DNA from: a virus
Virus record (IMG/VR): IMGVR_UViG_3300020733_000010
Location: 96,001-160,000 of that record
Direction: 5' to 3' (one strand)
DNA: 64,000 nt
Part shown: in pieces, positions 39,671-49,400 of the stretch
How positions within the stretch are numbered: the first letter of the stretch is position 1
How the letters are laid out: each line of letters begins with the position of its first letter
Notes under the pieces: model-generated
Database searches by the model: none
What the model saw: the letters and a program-made list of their open reading frames with translations, nothing else
What the model was told of the DNA's origin: nothing
Position numbers and translations under genes: made by a program

Positions 39671-40219
39671 ATGGCACAAACACTTATTGAACCCTACTCA
39701 TTAGATTCGTCAAATAGTTATACAATGACTAATTTGACAGTTACTGGAAACGTCACTGTTTCTGGAAACGTTATTGCTACTGGAAACGTAACCACTTCAG
39801 GAACATTAAATGGTAGTATTGGTACATTGTCAAATGTAACATTAGGTGGATATACGACTCAAGGACAGACTGCTGAAATTGTATCTACTGCGATTACAGG
39901 TGCTACTGGTGTAGTCACGCATGATACAAGCACAGGAACTACGTTCTATCATACTAGTATTGCAGCAAACTTCACTGCAAACTTTACAAACGTACCTACA
40001 ACAAATAATAGAACCATCACTGTTGCATTGATATTAGTTCAGGGTTCTACTCCATATTACCCAAATGCAATACAAATTAACGGCACAGCTCAAACAATTA
40101 AATGGGCGAATGCAACTGCACCTACCCCAACAGCAAGTAGAGTTGAACTAGTAACATTCTCATTGATCTATATGAGTAGCACTTGGACTGTTATCGGTCA
40201 ATTGGGTACATTCGGATAA
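39671..40219 (+). CDS. Short stalk with C-terminal adaptor-type domain (type C)
   Basis: C-terminal domain closely similar to the end of 23140-25074 (GAT.GVV.HD.STG..F.HT.I.ANFT.N..NVPTTN...QGSTPYY.NA.QING). Confidence 0.65.
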   Translation: MAQTLIEPYSLDSSNSYTMTNLTVTGNVTVSGNVIATGNVTTSGTLNGSIGTLSNVTLGGYTTQGQTAEIVSTAITGATGVVTHDTSTGTTFYHTSIAANFTANFTNVPTTNNRTITVALILVQGSTPYYPNAIQINGTAQTIKWANATAPTPTASRVELVTFSLIYMSSTWTVIGQLGTFG

Positions 40220-40223
40220 AAAT

Positions 40224-42290
40224 ATGAGTAGACTTGGGTCAATCGGTTCACCTATTGAACGAACAAAGTTAGCCACTTTTCAAAATCCTATATATGGTAC
40301 AGGTGGAACAATTACCATTAATAATGGCTATGTGACACATACATTTACTAGTGGCGGAACATTTACAACACCTGCAACTGGTTTAGTAGGAGTAAACATT
40401 TTAGTTGTTGCTGGTGGCGGAGGTGGGGGCGCTGGACCCGGTGGTGGCGGAGGTGGCGCCGGAGCTTATATTACTTCAACATATTCATCGTTAGCAAGTA
40501 GTCTTTCTTTAACCGTATCAATAGGTGGCGGGGGTGCAGCTGGACCTGCAACTACTAACGGCAATGGATCAAATGCAAGTCCTGGAGTCAATTCATCAAT
40601 TAGTGGTACTGGATTCTCAACATTAACTGCAACCGGTGGTGGTTTCGGTGGTGGTGGTGATAAAAACATCAACGGTGGTAGTGGTGGTAGTGGTGGCGGA
40701 GGTGGCTCTAGTAATGCTAACGCAGGATCATCGGGTACAGCTGGATCTGGAACTACTGGAGGAAATAACGGTGGCGCAGGCGGTGGCTCAAATAGTGCTG
40801 GCTTTGCAGCGGGTGGAGGCGGCGGCGGAGCCGGCCAAGTTGGTCAAACAGGTACGAGCACATTGTTAACTGGTGCAGGTGGTAATGGATTAACATGGGT
40901 TGATGGTAACACATATGCCGGTGGCGGCGGCGGTGGACAAAATAACACTGGAACATATGCAGCAATAGGCGGTACTGGTGGCGGTGGCACTGGTGCAGGA
41001 TATCCTTCAGTTGCTGGTACTGATCCTGTTTCAGGAGTAAACGGAACAGCATACACCGGAGGAGGTGGAGGTGGTGGCGCACAACATAACGGCAGTCCAT
41101 ATAATCGTGGTGCCGGTGGTCAAGGTGGAGCTGGAGTGGTAATTATTAGATACCCTGTCAGTTCCTATGCAGATACACGTCCACCTGCTTGGCAAACAAC
41201 ATTGCCTTTGTTGGAATTTGGTTCAGCCACTTTGGTAAGTTATCAGTTCAATGCAACTAGTCCCGCAGGATACTCGTTGACGTATTCATATACAGGAACA
41301 TTGCCCTCAGGTCTATCGTTAAGTTCAAGTGGTTTACTGTCAGGAACAATGCCACTTATAGCACTTATAGACAATTATTACAATAATATTGTTGTTACTG
41401 CAACTGATTCTGTAGGTAACACAAACTCTCTGACTATTACTATAAGAAATATTAGCTTGTCTTATAAAGCAGTTAGTAGCGGAAACGTCACTGTTTCATA
41501 TTCTGGTGGGTATACATACCACACTTTTACCGGTTCAGGAACTTTTACCTCATATGGTCCGTTAACTGCTGACTATCTTGCAATAGCAGGTGGAGGCGGT
41601 GGTGGCGGAAAACGCGGGGGAGGTGGAGGTGCTGGTGGGGTAATAATTGGAACAAGCGTTTCTATACCAGCTACAACACTAACCGTAATAGTCGGCGGTG
41701 GCGGAGCAAATTCATCTCCTGGATTCTTTCAAGGTGGTAAAGGATCAAACACTACAATTACTGGAACAGGATTTACCTCGGTTGGTCCAGAAGGTGGCGG
41801 TAGTGGTGGTTCAAATGCTAGTGGTCAAGGAGCCGGAGGCGGCGGTAGTGGCGGTGGTGTGGGATCAAGTGACAGTGTAAACGGTAGCGGCCCAGGAGTT
41901 GGTGATAGTGGTCAAGGTAACAACGGTGGTAACTCAACCGGTGGTTACGGTGGAGGCGGTGGTGGAGGTTATGGTAGTGTAGGTCAGTCTATTAGCACAG
42001 GTGGTGGCGGTGGCAATGGTGGTAATGGTGGTACTGGTTATCTTAGTCCCTGGACCGGTAATTATTATGCCGGCGGTGGTGGCGGTGGGCAAGCTATCTA
42101 CAACAATGGTAATGGTGGTACAGGCGGCTCTGGCGTTGGTGGCAATGGCGGCGGATTAGGTGGTAGTAGTAGTAATGGATTCCCCGGATCACCGTATACC
42201 GGTGGTGGTGGTGGCGGTGGTGGTGACGGACCCACACTATACGGCGGATCAGGTGGTTCTGGCATTGTTATCATTAGATATCTAACATAA
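40224..42290 (+). CDS. Double glycine-rich-domain tip protein with a central Ig-like (He_PIG-like) domain
   Basis: Two HTFT.SG.F...AGGGGGG...GGSG.VIIRY units flanking TLPSGLSLSSSGLLSG. Confidence 0.68.
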   Translation: MSRLGSIGSPIERTKLATFQNPIYGTGGTITINNGYVTHTFTSGGTFTTPATGLVGVNILVVAGGGGGGAGPGGGGGGAGAYITSTYSSLASSLSLTVSIGGGGAAGPATTNGNGSNASPGVNSSISGTGFSTLTATGGGFGGGGDKNINGGSGGSGGGGGSSNANAGSSGTAGSGTTGGNNGGAGGGSNSAGFAAGGGGGGAGQVGQTGTSTLLTGAGGNGLTWVDGNTYAGGGGGGQNNTGTYAAIGGTGGGGTGAGYPSVAGTDPVSGVNGTAYTGGGGGGGAQHNGSPYNRGAGGQGGAGVVIIRYPVSSYADTRPPAWQTTLPLLEFGSATLVSYQFNATSPAGYSLTYSYTGTLPSGLSLSSSGLLSGTMPLIALIDNYYNNIVVTATDSVGNTNSLTITIRNISLSYKAVSSGNVTVSYSGGYTYHTFTGSGTFTSYGPLTADYLAIAGGGGGGGKRGGGGGAGGVIIGTSVSIPATTLTVIVGGGGANSSPGFFQGGKGSNTTITGTGFTSVGPEGGGSGGSNASGQGAGGGGSGGGVGSSDSVNGSGPGVGDSGQGNNGGNSTGGYGGGGGGGYGSVGQSISTGGGGGNGGNGGTGYLSPWTGNYYAGGGGGGQAIYNNGNGGTGGSGVGGNGGGLGGSSSNGFPGSPYTGGGGGGGGDGPTLYGGSGGSGIVIIRYLT

Positions 42291-42293
42291 ATA
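42287..42293 (+). promoter_or_regulatory. Late promoter box ATAAATA
   Basis: Overlaps the upstream stop; followed by an AGGA Shine-Dalgarno and the ATG at 42311. Confidence 0.5.
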
Positions 42294-42310
42294 CACAATA
42301 GGATTAAAAT

Positions 42311-42739
42311 ATGTCATTAACCGTCATTAAATCATCAGGAACAGACTTTGTAGCAAACAATGTCTCAATATCCTCACTTTATGCAGGGGGTATTGAACCT
42401 CCCTATCTACTAGATGATATTAGCAATTATTTTGACGGCGCAACTACCGTATTTCCCTTGACGGTGAACACAGGCAGCATAAATACTATAGTGGATTCAA
42501 AAGATATTCAAGTTGTAATTAACGGGCAGTTATTAGTTCCTTATGTAAAAGAACAAAAATTTCCTTGGTACGCTGAATTTGATTCCAGCAGAGGATACAG
42601 AGTTAGTAGTGGTAATTTGATTATATATAACGCACCTGATTCAGGAGATGTTGCAGTAGTCACTTTAGTAAACACTAGTAGAACACAACAGGTTAGAAAA
42701 TACCCATATTCAGCGAATACAGTCGCACTCGGAGATTAA
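42311..42739 (+). CDS. Small virion structural protein
   Basis: LDDISNYFDGATTVFPL..IQVVING..YRVSSGNLIIYNAP, related to the DTFTGDG repeat domain. Confidence 0.58.
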   Translation: MSLTVIKSSGTDFVANNVSISSLYAGGIEPPYLLDDISNYFDGATTVFPLTVNTGSINTIVDSKDIQVVINGQLLVPYVKEQKFPWYAEFDSSRGYRVSSGNLIIYNAPDSGDVAVVTLVNTSRTQQVRKYPYSANTVALGD

Positions 42740-42742
42740 ATA

Positions 42743-45700
42743 ATGGCAAAGCACGTAATACAAGAAAACTATACATTCACACCGTCTACAAAGACGTTAG
42801 TGATTAACAACAAATGGATTCGTCAAGAACAGTTGTTATTGATTACCAACGTTACACGTAACACAGTGTTGTTTAACTTCAGCGACCCAACATTAGTTGC
42901 AACAAGCTATACAAACACAATAGTAAACAACACACCGCAAACAACAATTGTGTTTACTTATAACACTGCAAGTCAAGCAAGTACTGATAAGATTAGTATT
43001 CTTGTTGAAGAAATCAACGAAACAATACAAGCAAGTGATTTGTTAACTGACCCAGTTGGTAAATTGCGTACTAGCACCCCGCAAGCATTGATTGATACTG
43101 ACTTTGAGTATTCTACTCAGGCTACTAAGTGGGAATCATTGGCGATGATTAACAATCGTCCTTATGGTTATTACTCAGTTTTTAACCCATTAACAATCAC
43201 TGATATTCAAGCAACAAACGGTTCAAGAACTTATACAGTCTCAACTACAACCCCTCCGTCCGCGGGTACTCCTGCTTACATTCAAGATACATTGTTTAAC
43301 GGTGCTGAAGGTTTATTTCAAGTTGACTCTGTTGTAGCAAGTACTAGTTTCTCATATACTGGTCGTAACATTTTTACTGGTACTACTGGTTCAATTTATA
43401 ACAGTGCAACTCCAAGTGCAGTATATACAGGTTCAGTGTATAGTAACGCAAGCATTGGTGCAACAGGTAGTGCAACATTTACTCCTGGTACAGGTAACGC
43501 TATTGCAGTTGTAACAAGTGTACCACACGGATTAGTTGTAGGTAATGAGATTGCAGTTACTGGTATTACTGGTACTAACCCACCAAACGGTAGTTGGATT
43601 GTTGCAACAGTTACTAGCCCAACAGCATTCACATTCTATTCAACATTAACTGCAAGTGGCTTGACAGTAACAAGTGCTATCTTGTATGTTCGTCCACAGG
43701 GTAACGCAATACATAGACCATATGACGGTGGTGTTTTCTTTAGTACCAATGCTGCAAGTCACAATCAACAATTGATTCGTCAGACCCGTCGCTACTTCCG
43801 TTATCAATCTGGTAAAGGTATTCAAATGAGTACTGGTACTATTTTGAAACCAAGTTTGTTACTAGATCAAATTTCTAGTTCAGGTACTACAGTTACAGTA
43901 ACATCAAAATTACAACACAACGTCAACGTTGGTATTAGTATGCAAGTTACAGGTTGTAACGAAACAGCATATAACGGTACATTTGTTGTAACATCAGTAT
44001 TAAACGCATATCAATTTACATATACCGCACTAACAGCACCAAGTGCAACACCAGCAAGTGGTTTACCAATTGTTAGTGCAAATAGCTGGTATGGTGCATC
44101 AACTCGTGTTGGTATGTTTGACCAACAAAACGGTATTTTCTTTGAGTTTGATGGTCAAACATTATGGGCAGTACGTAGAAGCAGCACATATCAATTAGAT
44201 GGTTTCGCAAGTGTAACAAACGGTAGCTCAACAGTATCTGGTGTTACATTGAACGGTGTTACGACTACATTCAGTAAACAACTAAGCCCTAACGATTTTA
44301 TTGTTATCAAGGGTATGAGTTATCGTGTTGTTACTATTAGTAGTGATACATCAATGACAATTTCACCTTCATACAGAGGTGTTACTGGTTCTCAAGTATT
44401 GATTACAAAAACAGTTGATACAAAAACAGCACAAAGTAGTTGGATCATTGATAAGTTTGACGGTACAGGACCTTCAGGCTTTAATATGGACTTGACTAAA
44501 ATGCAAATGTTCTACTTAGACTATACATGGTATGGCGCTGGTGCAATACGTTGGGGCTTTAGAACAATTGACGGCTCAATATTCTATGGTCATAAGTTAG
44601 CAAACAACAACGTTAACGATAGAGCATATATGCGTTCTGGTAACTTACCAGCACGTTATGAAACAAATACTTTCCCACCTTATACAATAACCACATCAAC
44701 TGTTAATTCAGGTGACTCAACTGTTAACGTTGCAAGTACAACTGGTTTCCCAAGTGCAGGTATCTTGTTGATTCGCGGTGCAAGTGCATATGAATATGTT
44801 AACTATACTGGGCTAACATCAACATCATTTACTGGTTTAACTCGTGGTCAAGCAGGTAACACTGGTTTAAGTGCAACTACCATTACAGCAGGTAATCCAA
44901 CTATTACTTTTGCAAGTACAACTGGTGTTCAAGTTGGACAGATTGTAAGTGGTACAGGTTTACAGCCAGGTACAACAGTTGTTTCATTTGTTGCAAACAC
45001 AAGTGTAACAGTAAGTCCTGCTCCATACGCAGGTGGTTCAAGTGTTAGTTGTGTATTTGCTCCATTAGCAAATACTGGTACTACATTCACGTATTCAAGT
45101 ACAGCACCTGTTTCAGTCGAACTACATGCTCCTAACTTTGCAAGTACAATCAGTCATTGGGGTACTAGTGTTATCATGGACGGACGTTTTGACGATGATA
45201 AGGCCTACGTTTTCACTAAAGGTTTAACAAGTTCAACATTGTTATCTGTTGCAGGTGCTGCAACTAACGCAGTTTTGAGTATTCGTATTTCTCCTTCTGT
45301 TAGTTCAGGTATTGGCTCAAGTACGTTAGGTACTCGTGAATTAGTTAACCGCATGCAGTTGGTTCTACGTCAGATGGACGTTTATGCTAACGGTCCGTTC
45401 TATATCTCATTGATTCTAAACGGTGTACCAAGTGCTGCAACAGCATTTACAAACGTTGGTGGTTCTAGTTTGGCTCAAACTATCACACACGTTTCTACTA
45501 CAACAATTACAGGTGGTGAATCAGTTTATGGTTTCTTCGTTAACACATCAGGTGGTTCAACAAACTATACAACAACTACAACTGATTTGTCATTAGTTCG
45601 TGATATGGGTACAAGTATTTTATCAGGTGGCAATGCTGCAGGTAACGTGAACATTTATCCAGACGGCCCTGACGTTATTACAATCATGGCAACTAACTTA

Positions 45701-45760
45701 ACAGCATCAACCGCAGCTAACATTGCTATTCGTTTATCTTGGACAGAAGCTCAAGCGTAA
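42743..45760 (+). CDS. Large virion structural/tail protein (1005 aa)
   Basis: N-terminal YTFTP..QEQLLLITNVT..VLFNFSDP, internal PHGL..G..I.VTG..NG.W.V repeats, C-terminal LSWTEAQA; resembles T4-like cyanophage structural proteins. Confidence 0.62.
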   Translation: MAKHVIQENYTFTPSTKTLVINNKWIRQEQLLLITNVTRNTVLFNFSDPTLVATSYTNTIVNNTPQTTIVFTYNTASQASTDKISILVEEINETIQASDLLTDPVGKLRTSTPQALIDTDFEYSTQATKWESLAMINNRPYGYYSVFNPLTITDIQATNGSRTYTVSTTTPPSAGTPAYIQDTLFNGAEGLFQVDSVVASTSFSYTGRNIFTGTTGSIYNSATPSAVYTGSVYSNASIGATGSATFTPGTGNAIAVVTSVPHGLVVGNEIAVTGITGTNPPNGSWIVATVTSPTAFTFYSTLTASGLTVTSAILYVRPQGNAIHRPYDGGVFFSTNAASHNQQLIRQTRRYFRYQSGKGIQMSTGTILKPSLLLDQISSSGTTVTVTSKLQHNVNVGISMQVTGCNETAYNGTFVVTSVLNAYQFTYTALTAPSATPASGLPIVSANSWYGASTRVGMFDQQNGIFFEFDGQTLWAVRRSSTYQLDGFASVTNGSSTVSGVTLNGVTTTFSKQLSPNDFIVIKGMSYRVVTISSDTSMTISPSYRGVTGSQVLITKTVDTKTAQSSWIIDKFDGTGPSGFNMDLTKMQMFYLDYTWYGAGAIRWGFRTIDGSIFYGHKLANNNVNDRAYMRSGNLPARYETNTFPPYTITTSTVNSGDSTVNVASTTGFPSAGILLIRGASAYEYVNYTGLTSTSFTGLTRGQAGNTGLSATTITAGNPTITFASTTGVQVGQIVSGTGLQPGTTVVSFVANTSVTVSPAPYAGGSSVSCVFAPLANTGTTFTYSSTAPVSVELHAPNFASTISHWGTSVIMDGRFDDDKAYVFTKGLTSSTLLSVAGAATNAVLSIRISPSVSSGIGSSTLGTRELVNRMQLVLRQMDVYANGPFYISLILNGVPSAATAFTNVGGSSLAQTITHVSTTTITGGESVYGFFVNTSGGSTNYTTTTTDLSLVRDMGTSILSGGNAAGNVNIYPDGPDVITIMATNLTASTAANIAIRLSWTEAQA

Positions 45761-45769
45761 GAGGAAACA

Positions 45770-46405
45770 ATGTCATTTAAGAATACGCAAAAGTTTTATC
45801 AGTCACCCATTCAACCTTCAAACCCTAACGCAGGTGATGAATGGGTGAATACCGCAACTAATAGAACTTATCAGTTTATGACTCTTGCTGGTGCAACACC
45901 AGCATGGATTGAAAAAGCAATAGCACCAACTGCAAACGTATTCAACTTGCAGAACTTAAACGTTGTTGGCACAACAACAATGCCGGGCACAACAACAGCA
46001 ATGTCATTGTCATTGACTAATATTGCTGAAACAGTAAACTTGTCTACGACTGCATTGTCCGGGGTATTCAACTATAACGTAACATCACAAACTGTATTCT
46101 ATGTTACTGCTAGTAGTACAGGTAACATTATTGTTAATATTCGTGGTGGTGATTTTAATGCATTAAATAACTTACTAAGTGTGGGACAAAGTGTCACTGT
46201 AGCGTTAATGTTTACTAACGGTTCAACTGGGTATTATGTTTCAGGTATTCAAGTAGATGGTGCAGCCCCTGCATTAACTAAATGGCAAGGTGGTACTGCT
46301 CCTAGTTACGGAAACGCAAACTCAATTGATAGTTATACATTCAGTGTTATTAAAACAGCAACATCAACATACACGGTTCTTGCAGCACGTGTTCAATTTG
46401 CTTAA
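45770..46405 (+). CDS. Short stalk with C-terminal adaptor-type domain (type C)
   Basis: GQSVTVALMFTNGSTGYY...KWQGGTAPS.GNANSIDSYTFSVIKT..YTVLA..QFA; distant paralog of 39671-40219. Confidence 0.62.
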   Translation: MSFKNTQKFYQSPIQPSNPNAGDEWVNTATNRTYQFMTLAGATPAWIEKAIAPTANVFNLQNLNVVGTTTMPGTTTAMSLSLTNIAETVNLSTTALSGVFNYNVTSQTVFYVTASSTGNIIVNIRGGDFNALNNLLSVGQSVTVALMFTNGSTGYYVSGIQVDGAAPALTKWQGGTAPSYGNANSIDSYTFSVIKTATSTYTVLAARVQFA

Positions 46406-46417
46406 GGGGTACTAATC

Positions 46418-49400
46418 ATGCCAATGATTGCAAGTATCGCATCAGCAGCAAGCAAAGCATTAGGTTTTATTGGATATACAGTTTTTGCATATTTAAAAGA
46501 AACTTATTTCAGCTATGTGTCTTTGTTAGTTAAGGCTAACTGGAATAGTGTACTTGCTCCTAATCCACTTAGTGGGGTAAACAGCCCAAGTACTACACCC
46601 TTTATCAGTGATGCTGGGCTAAACAATGCATTACAACTTGCAACTGCTGATGCAAGAAATGATATTTTTAATCCATATATGGGTGGATATTACAGTATCT
46701 ACTTTAATACTGGTGATAAATTAACATTCCCTTCATCTTCACAGTTTGATTTTTCAGGTGGCTCTTGGACTATTGAATGTTGGTTCTATTCATTAACTCA
46801 GCCTGCTTCAGGTAATGCTACCCGACTGTTTATGTTTGGTGTTAACGGTAGTAGCCCTGCATGGGGTTATGGATTTGGTCCTACAAATCAGATTAACTCA
46901 GGTCCAGCTTATTCTGGCACTGGATTAGCTACAGCTACTAATATCTATTCGCTTAACACTTGGAATCATGTTGCTTGGAGCGTTAATTCAGGTAACATGT
47001 CAATTTATGTTAACGGTGTACTTTCTGCAGGTCCAACTGCAATTTCAGTACCTGTGTCAGGTGCAACTACATTAATCATTGGTTACGATACTGCTAGTAC
47101 AGTTAGCTTTCAATATAACGGTTACTTAAGTAATGTTCGTATTACGAAAGGTGTTGGTTTATATACATCAAACTTTACACCAAGTGCAACTCCGTTAACA
47201 ACATCAGTTGGTACTGGTACAATCAGTGTCTTCACTGCTAATAGTAATAGATTTATTGATACATCAAGTAATGCATTTGCAATCACACTAACCGGTTCTC
47301 CTGCAATTTCACAAAATGTACCATTTACTGTACCGTCAACATATTCAACTTATGGTAGTGGATATTTTACTGGTAGTTCAAGTACTTACATATCAGGTAC
47401 GATTAGCGCATTAAATTTTGGTTCCCAACAGTTATCAGTCGAAATGTGGATTTATCCAACCAATATTACAGTCAATAACCAAAGTTTATTTACAGCTGGC
47501 TCAGGTAACCTGGCTATTTTAATGGTAAGCCTCAACGGAACTATACAGCCTGGGCAATATGGTACCGCTAGTATAAGCAATAGTACAGGTACATGTACAC
47601 CACTCGCATGGAATCATGTAGTAGTAACTAGAGATGGTAGTAACAACTGGAGAACTTTTATTAATGGAGTGTTGCAAGGATATGGTTCTAAAACATTTAC
47701 ACCAAATAATAGTAGTTATTTAATTGGATATGGAACTGTAAGTACCGTCGCATTTTATGGTTATATATCTGATTTACACGTGGTAGTAAATAATATACCC
47801 ACAGCATATAACACAAGTGCAACAACTGTACCAACTACGGTGTTTATTCCACCTACTAGCCCTAATACACAAACACCTTATTCACAATTATTAACATTAC
47901 AGTATAATGGTGCAAGTACAAATACAAGTGCATTAGATAGTGGACCATATAACTTTCCTATTGGAAGGAGTGGTAGAGCGTTAACTGGAAGTTTTAGTCC
48001 TTATAGTGAAAATGGATGGAGTACATTGTTTAATGGTACCACAGACTACTTGTCTGTATCCAATACTAACACAATGAACTTTGCCACAACCGGCGTTAAT
48101 TTTACGATTGAAGTATGGGTATTCCCCTACACAACATCAGCCACCTTGTCATCTATTATAGCAATGTGGACTCAAGGCGGAGCCGGAGCAGGGGACCAGT
48201 GGCTGATATATGTTGCAAGTAACGTTCTTTATTTTTATTGGCAGCCCTTCAGTGAATCTCTTCCTTGGTTAAGTGGCGGCTCAGTTCCAAACTATACTTG
48301 GACACATATTGCAGTAACAAGAAGTGGTACTACTTTCACCGTGTGGATTAACGGAGTTTCTATAGCTAGTGGCACAAATAGCGGAACAACAACAGGTAGT
48401 GGATATGCAGTCACAATTGGTTATTATGGTTCAGGTGCTGGTGCAAGCGCAACCAGTTATTGGAATGGATATATCAGCAACGTTCGTATTGTGACCGGTA
48501 CCGCACTATATTCATCAACATTTGCCCCGTCAACAACACCATTAACTCCTATTGCAGGAACTACATTGTTAACATGTCAATATAATAGATTTATTGACAA
48601 TAGTAGTACAGTTGGTTATGCAATTACTGCTACAGGTACACCTAGAATAAAAGCCTATAATCCTTTTGGATCACATACATTTCTTCCAGCCACTAACACA
48701 CAGAGTTTTAGTTATATAACAGGTGGATCAAACTGGTTTACTGTTGCTTCTAGTGGTACTAGTGCTTTTAACTTTGGTACAAACAATTTCACAATTGAAT
48801 GTTGGGTTTATACTACTGCGTTTGGTAATGGCAATGCTGTTATAGTAATCTGGGACGGTGGTGGATCTACCGCACGATTTACACTAGGTTTATCTGCAAG
48901 TGGCGTAGGTAGTGATACTAGTAATGGTTTAAGTTTTTCATATACTAATCCTAACACAGTAACACTCTCATTAAATACTTGGGCTCATGTTGCTATCACT
49001 AGAAGTGGTAATAATTGGTATTGGTATACGAACGGAGTATGCAATCAAACTGCAACTAATTCGGCATCATTTACTCCTTCGAGCGTTAACATGACTATAG
49101 GAAACTATAGCAGTAGTTATAGTACAGGTACACAATATGTAAGTAACGTAAGAGTGGTTAACGGTACTGCACTTTATTCAGGTACAGCATCATTTACACC
49201 ACCTACTACTGCATTATCTCTAGTACCTAACACCACCTTATTGTGGAATACTGCTGCATTAACCGACCAATCAACTAACAAACTAGCCATTACCGTTGGA
49301 TCAGGAACACCTACATTAAGTAGAGCAAATCCATTTCTACTATCATATACCTCTTCATTAGCAGCAACAGGAGTTCCTTATTCTGTGGCAATTGCTAGTG

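Noticed and set aside
30512-42290. Collagen-like or microsatellite explanation for GGT/GGC runs
   Set aside because: The runs encode poly-Gly rather than G-X-Y triplets and use mixed codons, so they are not slippage tracts.
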